Origin: Candidatus Culexmicrobium cathedralense
Lineage (GTDB): Archaea > Thermoproteota > Methanomethylicia > Culexarchaeales > Culexmicrobiaceae
Reading direction: 5' to 3'
NCBI GenBank assembly: GCA_025061115.1
Contig: JANZKC010000001.1
Location: forward strand, 544,001 to 608,000
Length of the DNA: 64,000 nucleotides
A program made the translations under genes and the position numbers. Positions 1-9,879 of the stretch are shown piece by piece; the stretch's first letter is position 1, and each line of letters starts with the position of its first letter. The notes below the pieces were generated by a model. It searched no databases and was not told the DNA's origin. It saw only the letters and a program-made list of their open reading frames with translations.

Positions 1-318
1 AACGTCCGCTTCCTTGCCAACCCCTAAAGGCTTACCAATGGCCTCCAAAAAACCCGAATTCACAAGGTACCTTAAGGCTAAGCAGTCATAACCCCAAGTG
101 GTTAACGAATAACCCTCATAAGCTCCAACACCCCTCCTCACAAGCCCCAGCTTGAAAAGCCTCCCCAAAATCCTAGAAGTCAACGACAAGTCAAGCTTAA
201 TCTTCCTCGAAATGTAATCTATCGGCACAAACTCGAAGTGAGGCATCCCCAACTCAACTGCCCTCAAAACCTTAAAGTCAGCGCGCCTAAGCATTTTAAA
301 CGCTTGAACGGGCAGCAT
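1..318 (-). CDS. rio2: RIO2-type Ser/Thr kinase, N-terminal part (runs off window edge)
   Basis: Manual translation from ATG 318: MLPVQAFKMLRRADFKVLRAVELGMPHFEFVP...GYSLTTWGYDCLAL...LGVGKEADV, matching the Rio2 winged-helix N-domain and P-loop; absent from the ORF track because it is partial. Confidence 0.9.
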   Translation of the reverse strand, partial: MLPVQAFKMLRRADFKVLRAVELGMPHFEFVPIDYISRKIKLDLSLTSRILGRLFKLGLVRRGVGAYEGYSLTTWGYDCLALRYLVNSGFLEAIGKPLGVGKEADV

Positions 319-567
319 GGCGACCAAGCAGAAAATAACGCATGAACTAATAAATATTATAGTGCAAAGCAAAAGCAATAAAACCACCAAAGCATAGAGT
401 GAAAAACATTTAAAACTTTAAATAATATCAAGCAATAAAGCAGCGAAAAATGAAAATAAAACCTAACTGCTAGAAATAGATGAGCAAATAGTTCAAAGCA
501 TGCAATAACTTTAAATACTTTAATGAGAAGGATTATAAGGAACAAATGTCAGGTGGAGGTGAGGTTA

Positions 568-867
568 GTGTCTTCCGAAATTTACGAAGAAAATGGCGTC
601 TTGATAGTTAAAGGCAAGGATGTAGTTAACGTAGCTTCAGCACTATCTTCAGAAACTCGATTGAAAATACTAGAGTTCCTAAGAGGAAAGGAGGCCGACA
701 TAGGGCAAGTTGCAGACTTCATCAAGCAAAGCAAGGCCAATGCAAGCGCCCAAATGCGAATACTCGAAAAGTACCACCTAGTCAAAACCATGTACAAGCC
801 TGGAATAAGAGGAGTCAAGAAGGTCTGCACGACAGACATTAAAGAAGTGAGATTAATTTTAGAGTAA
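568..867 (+). CDS. ArsR-family HTH transcriptional regulator
   Basis: ALSSETRLKILEFL...IGQVADFIKQSKANASAQMRILE wHTH pattern; GTG 568 follows GGAGGTGAGG SD (ORF track starts at 523). Confidence 0.8.
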   Translation: MSSEIYEENGVLIVKGKDVVNVASALSSETRLKILEFLRGKEADIGQVADFIKQSKANASAQMRILEKYHLVKTMYKPGIRGVKKVCTTDIKEVRLILE

Positions 868-1048
868 GCAGCAAACTTGAAATGGCTAATTTTAACATTA
901 ACTAATTTTAGTTAATTTCAATTAACCGTCAAGCCCCTTATTCTAATATTCTAAGCAAATTGCAACCGCATCATTCAACGCAAACTAGAAGAAGAGCATT
1001 AACTTGGGATTTGTGAAATATAGGCATAGCAATCAAGTTCTCCGATTG

Positions 1049-2693
1049 CTACTTGCGCCTAGCCAAGCTATATTCCAATGCAGCCTTCACAAATCCCAAG
1101 TACGGCGGCGAAGGTCTTCCCGGCCTGGACTTGAACTCTGGATGCGCCTGAGACCCTAGGAAGAAGGGGTGGTCCGGCAATTCTATGAACTCTATCCTCC
1201 TTCCATCAGGGCTCCTCCCGGAAAATACGAGTCCATGGCGCTGAAGGACATCCCAGTAGGCTGGATTAACTTCGTATCTATGCCTATGACGCTCATAAAC
1301 AATGGTCTTGCCATACAGCTTGTGCGCAAGCGTTCCAGGCTCCAAAACTATTGGGTGAGCCCCCAGCCGCATGGTCCCTCCCTTCATATCAATCTTCCTC
1401 TGCTCCGGCAGGAGATCTATAACTGGATTAGGAGTGTTAGGCGCATTCTCAGTGCTATTGGCATCCTTCAATCCAACGACATTTCTAGCAAACTCTATAA
1501 CTGCCATTTGAAAGCCAAAGCAAATACCCAGAAATGGCATTCCATTTTCCCTAGCAAACTTAACAGCTAGAATTTTCCCCTCAGTACCCCTAGGCCCAAA
1601 GCCTGGCGGAACTAGAACGCCATCATATCCGCGGAGCATTTCAAGCTCTTCAGGAGATTCCTCAAAGACCTCAGTTTCTATCCAATCTATTTTAACTCTA
1701 GTTTTAAGAGCAGCTCCAGCATGCTTTAAGGCTTCATTAATGCTGATGTACGCGTCAGCAAGCTTAGCATATTTACCGCACATTGCAATCTTCACTTCGT
1801 GCTCAAAGTTCTCAAAGGATGCCACCACGCTCTTCCACTTGCTCCAATCAGGCGAATTCAACTTCAACCTCAATCTCTTGCAAATGTAATCTCCCATGCC
1901 CTGCTGATCGAGTATCAGCGGAACCTTGTAAACGCAGTCTACAGTGTAGGACGAGAAAACCGCTTCCTGAGAAACGCTCCCGTAAAGAGCAATTTTACGC
2001 TTAGCTGAAGGCTCGAGGGGCACGCTGCACCTTGCAACTATGATGTCCGGCTGAATACCTATCCTCCTAAGCTCATTAACGCTGTGCTGGCAGGGCTTAG
2101 TCTTCTGCTCTCCAGTTACATCTAATATCGGAACTAATGCGACGTGAACGAACAGCGTGTTCTCGTAACCCTCCTCAAGCCTCATCTGCCTAATAGCCTC
2201 CAGAAAAGGCAAGCCCTCAATGTCACCTACAGTGCCTCCAACCTCAACCAGAACGATGTCAACATTGCTTCGCTTAGCTGCAAGCCTAATTCTCCTCTTA
2301 ATCTCATCAGTTATGTGAGGAACCACTTGGACGCATGCACCCAAATAGTCGCCTCTACGCTCCCTTTCAATCACGGTCAAGTAGATCTGCCCAGTCGTGA
2401 TGTTATTGTCCTTGGGCAAGTTCACGTCCAGGAATCGCTCGTAATGTCCCAGGTCCAAGTCTATCTCTCCGCCATCTTCGGTTACGAAAACTTCCCCATG
2501 CATGTATGGATTCATGGTTCCAGCATCAACGTTCAAGTACGGATCTATCTTGACGGCGGTTACGCTATAACCTCTAACCTGAAGCATCTTGCCAATTGAC
2601 GCTGCAACGACGCCTCTAGGGGGGAGCTCAAAGCAAGCTCCCTTTCCCCACGCTTGAAAGCACGCCGCCAGTTATGAAGATGTACTTGGTCAA
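1049..2693 (-). CDS. pyrG: CTP synthase, split by a 28-nt insertion (exon 1 2693-2644, exon 2 2615-1049; 538 aa when joined)
   Basis: The ORF track has [28 protein letters not shown] and QAHPEF. The missing N-terminus [17 protein letters not shown] is encoded from TTG 2693 (GAGGGGTGGTG SD upstream) in a different frame. Confidence 0.95.
2616..2643 (-). other. Candidate bulge-helix-bulge (BHB) mRNA intron in pyrG, AGGGAGCUUGCUUUGAGCUCCCCCCUAG
   Basis: GGGG/CCCU 4-bp central helix, 3-nt bulges AAA and AGA, 8-bp intron stem GGGAGCUU/GAGCUCCC with GCUUU loop; cutting after the 2nd nt of each bulge gives GGG AAA GGC GUC (G-K-G-V). Confidence 0.85.
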
Positions 2694-2754
2694 TTCACCA
2701 CCCCTCTACTAAACGAGTTATAATTTGAGATGGGAGCATAAATAAGTCACCGCC

Positions 2755-3570
2755 CTAAGCGAAAGCCTCAGGCGGCAATTCAGCTATTGGAGGAAGCCTC
2801 CGCTTATGCTCAGAAAATTCAATCATGGACTTAACCCTCAACACGTAATTCAACGGCAAATTCAACTCGGCAGACACTTCACTTGGAGGCATCTTCCTAT
2901 CTACAAGAAGGTGGAGTATTGGATCAATTACATCGTACGTGAGTCCAAGCTCCTCCTCAGCCAGGTGCCCCCTCCAAAGTCTAGGGCTGCTGGGCTTCTT
3001 GATTATGCTCTCGGGAATCCCCAAGTATTCGCCCAGCCTTCTAACTTGGGTCTTATATAAGCCTCCAATGGGAAGAATGTCAACTCCACCATCACCATAC
3101 TTGGTGAAGTACCCCAAGAGAAGCTCGCTCCTATCTCCAGTTCCAATCACAAGCCTACCCTCAAGATTAGCATAATAATATAGAAGGCACATCCTTATTC
3201 TAGCCCTCAAATTTCCAACCGGAACTTTAGCATCAAACCTGAAATTAGGAATTGAACTTGAAAAGGCTTCGAGAATGCTTGAAATATCTATTAAAGTATG
3301 CTTAACTCCAAGCCTTTCAGCAACTAGCAGAGCATCATCAACATCCTGCTTAGGAGTCACTTCAGGGTCAGGTAATATCAATGCGAGAACTCGATCAGGG
3401 CCAAGCGCTTCAACGCACAAATATGCAGTGACCGTCGAGTCCAAGCCTCCACTTAGACCTATGACCGCGCCTCTTATTGGAGGCTTAACGTGCTGCCTAA
3501 TAAAACTTGAAACTGCGTCAACCACGACTTCTGCATTAATTTCCAGCATGCGCGCAGCCCGACCAAACAT
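2755..3570 (-). CDS. nadE: NH3-dependent NAD+ synthetase
   Basis: GLSGGLDS, NLRARIRM, GYFTKYGDGG, KKPSSPRLW motifs. Confidence 0.95.
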   Translation of the reverse strand: MFGRAARMLEINAEVVVDAVSSFIRQHVKPPIRGAVIGLSGGLDSTVTAYLCVEALGPDRVLALILPDPEVTPKQDVDDALLVAERLGVKHTLIDISSILEAFSSSIPNFRFDAKVPVGNLRARIRMCLLYYYANLEGRLVIGTGDRSELLLGYFTKYGDGGVDILPIGGLYKTQVRRLGEYLGIPESIIKKPSSPRLWRGHLAEEELGLTYDVIDPILHLLVDRKMPPSEVSAELNLPLNYVLRVKSMIEFSEHKRRLPPIAELPPEAFA

Positions 3571-3612
3571 CTGCAGTAAACTTAAATTAAATCCTTCGAA
3601 GCCATAGGCAAG

Positions 3613-4350
3613 TTAAGCTAAAAAGCGGGTCAGCTTAAGTTGACCTGACCCGTCCAAGGGAAGATCAAATACAACGATGCGATTAACAGCTGGGAGAGAA
3701 ACGTTAAAAATTGTGGTGCCCTTAAGCTGAGCCTTCCACACCCTCGACTTGTGCGCATGCCCATGAACTACAACCGTAGGAGACCTCAAAGCTATAACCC
3801 TCTCCAACCTCCTACACCCCATTTCAGGCCAAATAGCAGCAGGCTCTCCTACAAGCGTCCTATAAGTAGGGGCGTAGTGAATGAGGAGAATAGTGAAGTC
3901 GCAGCCTACAAGCTCCTTGAGAAGCTGATCTATGACCTCCACCCTCCTAGAGTATATTTCTTCGATGTTACTGATGTTCCTCAACTGCCACCTCGTAGGT
4001 CTATCAAGGCTGCCTCTACTGCCAACCAAACCCACGGAGTAACCTTTAACATTCAGCTTCAACAACTCATCATTAAGCCAATTAACCTCTCCCCCATACT
4101 CCTCCCTGAGCCTCGGAATGCACTCATCATACTCTTCATTGCCAAAGCAAGCAATTATCGGCCCATCATAAACGGAGCGAACGGCGCTTAAAACCCTTCT
4201 AAACTCCCGCACATTACCCCTAAAAATCATGTCTCCCGCAAATAGAAACAAATTCAAATCCCTTGGAACTCTGGAAAGCGCATCGGCAAACTTAGATAGG
4301 TACTTAGGTGAATGGACGTCGGCTGTTGCAGCGATCCTAATGCTGCCCAA
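3613..4350 (-). CDS. Calcineurin-like metallophosphoesterase
   Basis: ADVH, AGD, GNEE, HYAP, HGHAH motifs. Confidence 0.85.
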   Translation of the reverse strand: MGSIRIAATADVHSPKYLSKFADALSRVPRDLNLFLFAGDMIFRGNVREFRRVLSAVRSVYDGPIIACFGNEEYDECIPRLREEYGGEVNWLNDELLKLNVKGYSVGLVGSRGSLDRPTRWQLRNISNIEEIYSRRVEVIDQLLKELVGCDFTILLIHYAPTYRTLVGEPAAIWPEMGCRRLERVIALRSPTVVVHGHAHKSRVWKAQLKGTTIFNVSLPAVNRIVVFDLPLDGSGQLKLTRFLA

Positions 4351-4355
4351 TGCAC

Positions 4356-5090
4356 TTAACCTTTCCCAGGTTCACTCTTCAAGTACTTTTCCAGCGGCTC
4401 GCCGATCACAATTCCCTTGCCTGGAACAATGTCGAATGTGTATATCGTCATGTCCACTGGAGACCACCTCATCTTCCTCACAAATATCGTTCTAACGAAC
4501 CTGCCGCCGACTCTCTGAAGGCCCAGAACTATTATTCCAGAAGCCAAGAACTCTTCAACGCCGTACCTGCTAAGGGAAGTTGAGCCCGTTGGAATGTCAC
4601 ACGTAACAACAGTTGTGCAGCCGAGCTGCTCCTCCAAATATGAAACTATTTCCCTAACGTACTCCCTAACCCACAGCAGATCTCCAACGCCCTGAGCTAA
4701 AGCTGAAATTGGATCCAAGACAAGCCTGCTGACGGGGATGTTCCTCGTATACCTTGCAATGACGTTAACAAAGGTCTTAGACTCCTTTCCATGCTTTAAG
4801 TCCTCAGTTCTCAACCTGATTTCAAATGGAATTAGGCGGCCCTCCTTCATGTACTGGTTTAAATCCCACCCCATGCTAGCTACTCCTGTCAGAACGTTGT
4901 GAATTCGGTCGTCGAAAGAAACGTATACGCAGTGCTCGCCATTCTTCAATCCGTGGAGAAGATACTGAATTGACATTATGGTTTTTCCAGCTCCAGTTTC
5001 GCCTGCAATCAAGTAAGTTCTACCCTTTATGAAGCCGCCCCCAATCATCTCGTCAAGCTTAGGAATACCGGTTGAAATTCTATCCAGCAC
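4356..5090 (-). CDS. KaiC/RAD55-like single-domain RecA-superfamily ATPase
   Basis: RISTGIPKLDEMIGGG, Walker A GETGAGKT, YGVEEFLASG, VRKMR; GTG 5090 preferred over TTG 5123. Confidence 0.9.
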   Translation of the reverse strand: MLDRISTGIPKLDEMIGGGFIKGRTYLIAGETGAGKTIMSIQYLLHGLKNGEHCVYVSFDDRIHNVLTGVASMGWDLNQYMKEGRLIPFEIRLRTEDLKHGKESKTFVNVIARYTRNIPVSRLVLDPISALAQGVGDLLWVREYVREIVSYLEEQLGCTTVVTCDIPTGSTSLSRYGVEEFLASGIIVLGLQRVGGRFVRTIFVRKMRWSPVDMTIYTFDIVPGKGIVIGEPLEKYLKSEPGKG

Positions 5091-5299
5091 AGCGACTCCC
5101 CTGCCCAAGCCACTTACAAGCAAATATACTACAATAAAAATTTAACCGTTTACGTTCAATGTTAATTGGCGGATGAAGAACACCAAAAAGTTGAGCAAAG
5201 GCAATGATACGCGACGGGCGAACTGACGCCACAAAAATCAACGTGCACCAGCGACAGAACAGTTTAAAAGTAGAAGCGCAAATTAAGGAAGGGAGCCTC

Positions 5300-5728
5300 A
5301 TGGAAAGAATCGAGGAACTTAAGAAGAGAGGCGAACTTATAGTAGAAGCGCCAATTGAAATTCTCCGAGAAGCAGCTAGGATAACCCTTGGAGTAGGAGT
5401 TAAGGAGTGCAGGGAAGACGATAACATAGTATTCACCTATGAAAGCCCTGTATGCCCGCCCAGAATAATTGCAAAGGAAATTGAGCCGGGAAAATACCAC
5501 ATATTATCATCAAATAAGTGCTCAATCCCAGACTGCCCATACTGGGAGAGATGCGCGAAACTAAGCACCGAAAGACTGAGAATATACGAAATAGCCCTTA
5601 ACAAGCTGCTTGGAAAGGGTAAGATTCTCAAGGCAAGGTACGAGTGGCTGCCAGAGAGAGTTAAAGAGGAGGAGCTAGAAAAGCTCATTGACAGGCTAAT
5701 TAGCAGACCCAAACCAGAAGAAATGTAA
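5300..5728 (+). CDS. Hypothetical protein with Cys cluster
   Basis: ATG 5300 after GGAAGGGAG; host-like codon usage; CPP...CSIPDCPYWERC; directly upstream of purA. Confidence 0.65.
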   Translation: MERIEELKKRGELIVEAPIEILREAARITLGVGVKECREDDNIVFTYESPVCPPRIIAKEIEPGKYHILSSNKCSIPDCPYWERCAKLSTERLRIYEIALNKLLGKGKILKARYEWLPERVKEEELEKLIDRLISRPKPEEM

Positions 5729-5742
5729 GTGGAGGGAGCAGG

Positions 5743-6762
5743 ATGCCCTGCATGGTCATTGTCGGAGGATTCTTCGGAGACGAAGGAAAAGGCAAAATAG
5801 TATCCTACCTAGCACTCAAAGACCAAGTAGACTTGGCAGTTAGAACAGGCTCAGTAAATGCAGGGCACACCGTAAAGTGGAACGGCAAAAAGTACAAGCT
5901 AAGAATAGTTCCAAGCGCATTCGTCCATGAAAAATGCAAATTACTGATAGGCGCAGGAGCAAACATAAACGTCTCAATATTCCTCAAGGAAGTTGAGGAA
6001 ACCAAGTGCAAAGGCAGAATAGGAGTAGACTTCCAATCATCGATAATCGAGGAAAAGCACATAGCTGAAGATAGGGGAAATGAATACCTAGCCAAGAAGA
6101 TAGGCACAACCGGGCAGGGAGTAGGGCCTGCAATAGCAGAAAGAGTTAGGCGAAAAGCCAAGCTAGCCAGGGACGTTCCAGAGCTCAAGCAGTACCTAAC
6201 CGACGTGGCATTAGAAGTCAACAAAGCCCTAGATAGAGGAGAAAAAGTCATTCTAGAAGGAACTCAAGGCACATTCCTATCCCTATACCACGGCACATAC
6301 CCGTACGTAACTGGAAGAGACACCACCGCATCAGCAGTTTGCAGCGAAGTTGGAGTAGGCCCAACCAAAGTGGACGAAGTACTCATAGTATTCAAGGCTT
6401 ACGTTTCAAGAGTAGGGGAAGGACCGCTCCCAGGAGAGCTAAGCCCAGAAGAAGCAGATAGAAGAGGCTGGACTGAAATAGCGACGGTCACAGGCAGGCG
6501 AAGAAGAGTAGCTCCATTCAACTTCGAGCTAGCTAGGAGAGCAGTAATGCTAAATGGAGCAACTCAAATAGCCATAACCAAGCTCGACATACTATTCCCA
6601 AGCTGCGCAAAGGCAAGAAACTTCGACAACCTCAGCGAGGAGGCAAAGAAGTTCATAAGCAAAATAGAAGATGAACTGGGAGTACCAGTAACATTGATAG
6701 GAACTGGAGAGGGAGTATACGACGTAATCGACCTAAGAGGAAGAAAGCTGGAAAAAACATGA
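5743..6762 (+). CDS. purA: Adenylosuccinate synthetase (short archaeal type)
   Basis: [44 protein letters not shown]. Confidence 0.95.
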   Translation: MPCMVIVGGFFGDEGKGKIVSYLALKDQVDLAVRTGSVNAGHTVKWNGKKYKLRIVPSAFVHEKCKLLIGAGANINVSIFLKEVEETKCKGRIGVDFQSSIIEEKHIAEDRGNEYLAKKIGTTGQGVGPAIAERVRRKAKLARDVPELKQYLTDVALEVNKALDRGEKVILEGTQGTFLSLYHGTYPYVTGRDTTASAVCSEVGVGPTKVDEVLIVFKAYVSRVGEGPLPGELSPEEADRRGWTEIATVTGRRRRVAPFNFELARRAVMLNGATQIAITKLDILFPSCAKARNFDNLSEEAKKFISKIEDELGVPVTLIGTGEGVYDVIDLRGRKLEKT

Positions 6763-7196
6763 AGCGAGCATATCCAAGCCAGCCAATAGTTGGAGTTGGA
6801 GCAGTAATCATAGACAATGAAAAAAGAATACTGCTAGTTAGAAGAGCAGCTCCGCCGGGAAGAGGCCTCTGGGCCATTCCAGGAGGAATTGTTAAGCTGG
6901 GAGAAAAACTGAAGGAAGCCGTTAAAAGGGAAGTCAAGGAGGAAACAGGCTTAGAAGTTGAGGTCGGAGACCTAGAAGACGTATTTGAAGTAATTATAAG
7001 AGATGAAGCTGGAAAAATAAAGTACCACTACGTAATAGTTGACTATCAGGCGAGGGTTTCAGGAGGAAAATTAAGGGCATCAACAGACGCGCTGGAAGTA
7101 AAGTGGTTCTCAGCCGAAGAAATTAAAAAGGTAAGGACGACGAAGGCCACCGGAAAACTTCTCGAAAAGCTGATTTCAACTGGAAAGATAGGGTGA
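6759..7196 (+). CDS. NUDIX hydrolase (ADP-ribose pyrophosphatase-like)
   Basis: Nudix box [24 protein letters not shown]; ATGA overlap with purA. Confidence 0.9.
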   Translation: MKRAYPSQPIVGVGAVIIDNEKRILLVRRAAPPGRGLWAIPGGIVKLGEKLKEAVKREVKEETGLEVEVGDLEDVFEVIIRDEAGKIKYHYVIVDYQARVSGGKLRASTDALEVKWFSAEEIKKVRTTKATGKLLEKLISTGKIG

Positions 7197-7206
7197 GAGG
7201 AGCAGG

Positions 7207-9771
7207 CTAACCACTGCACCGGCCATGCAGGCTGTAGAGGGAGTTGAATAGCAGTTTAAATGTGCCGTGAGTTTGAGCTCTAAATTGAGGCCTAAACGCC
7301 ATTAGCACTATCCTCCCATCGCCATACCTAGCTGAAATCATAGCCGGCTTCCTGCCCAAGTACTTCTCTCCAATAAGCCAGCCGCTCTGCATTATGTCCC
7401 TCTCCGGGTAGGATAGCACCACCTCGTAGAGCTCGTTATTGTAGTTCGGCAGTATCTGCAGAACTGGACTGAAGTGAAATAGCACATATGCCTTCCTCGG
7501 CATTCCATATCCCAATGGGTGATTCACATCGACATTAACCTTCAGCATTGAGCCTGGGCAGAAGAACTCCTTAGGCTCAAGATCCAACGACAAGTCCTTA
7601 ATTGGCAGCTTGAAGGCGCTTATCACAAACTCGCAAGACCTATTGAAAGCCACGATCACTCCGCCGCCCTTGACGAATTCCTTCAACTTTTCAACGCCCT
7701 CCTTTCCAAGCCCACTCCTGTACTCTGGAGGAATTGGAGGAAGGACGAATGGTCGCTTAAGCCTTTTAGTGAGCTCCTCCTCAATATTCTCCCCAGTTAT
7801 TAGGCATGGATAGTCGTTCGCGAAAATTAGAAGGTCAACCTTCTCCGAAAGCTTGCCATCAAGTATGTCCTTATCCATGATCACCTTGTAGGGGAAGCCG
7901 TACTGCTCAAGAAGCCACCTAGTCCACCCCTCATCCATGTTGCCGCCATAGTACCTCTGATAGATCCCTATTCTCAGCAGCTTCAACTCCACAAATTCAG
8001 CTTCAAGCTCCTCATCAACGCAAATGAAATCGACGTGAAACCTGTCGCTTGCCTCCTGCAGCTTACTAGCAATTCCATCCTGATTTGGAATGAAGAATGA
8101 GCCTGCTGGAAGCTGAACTCCATTAAAGTTTAGAGGCTCAGTCAGCCTATAAACCTTGAATCCAGAAGCGAGAAGCAAGTTTACCGCTGCATAGCTGTCG
8201 TTGTACCTGCAGCTAAGCAAGTAGCCAACCTTCGACTCAGCAACTTTAAACTTCGGATACTCAACTTCAACTACCTTCTCAAATTCACCGTCAAACCTCT
8301 CATCCACAGCTTCCACCTTAACGCCCATGTAGTCCGGCAGGGTGTACGACGCCACGTCATAGGGCTTAATTGGAGTGCCATCCCTAGCTCTAGTCCACTC
8401 ATTATCAGGGTAAATAGTCCTTTGCAAAATGTACTTGACGAAGGCTCTAGCTGGCTGAGCTAAGAAAATCACGTACGTTCCAGCTGGGAAAACCTTATCT
8501 CCAACCTTAAACTCCCTCTTAGCCCTATGAACCTCAACGTCCAATCTTAAGAAAACTTCAATTAGCTTAAGAGCAGTAAGCGGGTCATGCTGATCCAGCG
8601 GAATTATGAAGGCGTAAGGCGGCTCTCTCAATCCCCTCTCAATATTCCTCATAGCCTTGACGTACATGTTCCTCAAAAGGACCTCCCTAAGCTTAGCCGC
8701 AAGCTCAAGGGCAGCCAAGTTGGAGATCTTCTGCTGCCTAACTATGTCCCTTAACCTCCACCAGCCTCCAGGCCATGGATTTGGAAAGCTCATTTGAGGC
8801 CTATCAGCAGCTCTACCCCTATGGCCAGTCAACTGATGAGGGTGAATGTAAATTGGAGTAGCAATCTTCACGGTGGCAGACTCGGTGAGCATCCCCACGA
8901 TATTGAGGAAGTTAGCCAAGTTCAAGAACGAGGCAGTCCACTCAGCCGTAAACGGCGGGCCGCCCTCAACCCCCTTAACTCCCTCCTCCTCAAGCCTAAC
9001 AGCCATGTAACCTCCAAACATCTGATGCTCTCTCCAGAGAAGGGGATCAATTTCAGGGCTTATGGGGTCATACCATGGAGGAATGTAGAGCCTAGCGCCA
9101 TAGCTCCCCATGTGATGGTTATCTATGTAGGCTTGAGGCTTCCAATCCCTATAAACAACCTTAGCAAACATTTGAGACTCCCTTTGAGTGAGCATGTAAG
9201 CATCCCTATTATTGTCGTGGCCGCAGTACTTGTGATATAGCCAAGGAGGAGGAGAGCCCTCATACTCAGTTCCAAGCCACTTGTTATACCAGTCCACAAC
9301 CATGATTTGGCCGTCCGGGTTGAAGCATGGAAAAAGCAGAACTATCACATTATCTAAAATCTCCTTAACTCGGCCATCATCACTAGTTGCCAGCTCGTAC
9401 GCAAGCTCAACAGCCATTTGAGTGCCGCCAACCTCGGTGGCGTGCAAGCTATTCGTTATAGCTACGACGGCTTTACCCTCCCTAACCAGCCTATCAACCT
9501 CTTCCCTAGACAAGCCCCTTGGATTAGCTAGCCTGCGCGAAATCTCCCTGTACTTTTCAAGGTTAGCCAAGTTGCTTGGGGAGGAAATGTAGGCCAAGAT
9601 GAACGGATTGCCCTCAGTGGTTTTACCTAGCTCCACGACCTTCACTCTATCGGACTTTTCATCCAGCAACTTGAAGTACTCGACTATTTTATCCCACCTA
9701 GCCAGCTTCCTATCCTCACCCATCTCAAAGCCGAAGAACTCTTTAGGAGAAGGAATGCCTTTGAGTGGCAT
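7207..9771 (-). CDS. M14 zinc carboxypeptidase-family protein with C-terminal GATase-like domain
   Basis: HATE zinc motif, NPDG, HDNNRD, DNHHMG; C-terminal NMDEGWTRWLLEQY segment. Confidence 0.85.
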   Translation of the reverse strand: MPLKGIPSPKEFFGFEMGEDRKLARWDKIVEYFKLLDEKSDRVKVVELGKTTEGNPFILAYISSPSNLANLEKYREISRRLANPRGLSREEVDRLVREGKAVVAITNSLHATEVGGTQMAVELAYELATSDDGRVKEILDNVIVLLFPCFNPDGQIMVVDWYNKWLGTEYEGSPPPWLYHKYCGHDNNRDAYMLTQRESQMFAKVVYRDWKPQAYIDNHHMGSYGARLYIPPWYDPISPEIDPLLWREHQMFGGYMAVRLEEEGVKGVEGGPPFTAEWTASFLNLANFLNIVGMLTESATVKIATPIYIHPHQLTGHRGRAADRPQMSFPNPWPGGWWRLRDIVRQQKISNLAALELAAKLREVLLRNMYVKAMRNIERGLREPPYAFIIPLDQHDPLTALKLIEVFLRLDVEVHRAKREFKVGDKVFPAGTYVIFLAQPARAFVKYILQRTIYPDNEWTRARDGTPIKPYDVASYTLPDYMGVKVEAVDERFDGEFEKVVEVEYPKFKVAESKVGYLLSCRYNDSYAAVNLLLASGFKVYRLTEPLNFNGVQLPAGSFFIPNQDGIASKLQEASDRFHVDFICVDEELEAEFVELKLLRIGIYQRYYGGNMDEGWTRWLLEQYGFPYKVIMDKDILDGKLSEKVDLLIFANDYPCLITGENIEEELTKRLKRPFVLPPIPPEYRSGLGKEGVEKLKEFVKGGGVIVAFNRSCEFVISAFKLPIKDLSLDLEPKEFFCPGSMLKVNVDVNHPLGYGMPRKAYVLFHFSPVLQILPNYNNELYEVVLSYPERDIMQSGWLIGEKYLGRKPAMISARYGDGRIVLMAFRPQFRAQTHGTFKLLFNSLYSLHGRCSG

Positions 9772-9879
9772 AGAAACACCGGAAAAGATTATTGAACAAC
9801 ATGCTGATTTAACGTTTTCGCGCTGGAAACCGTAATTATGAAGTTAGAATACTTCATTAACTGGTAAACGTAATTTCAT

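Noticed and set aside
357-545. 62-aa hydrophobic ORF
   Set aside because: Product of A-rich divergent promoter DNA between rio2 and the arsR-like gene
1049-2587. pyrG as a simple 512-aa ORF starting at MLQVRG, or as a pseudogene
   Set aside because: The P-loop-containing N-terminus is present upstream with its own start and SD, and the gene has no other lesions
2628-2630. UGA readthrough or selenocysteine in pyrG
   Set aside because: Readthrough would not restore the frame, since 28 nt is not a multiple of 3
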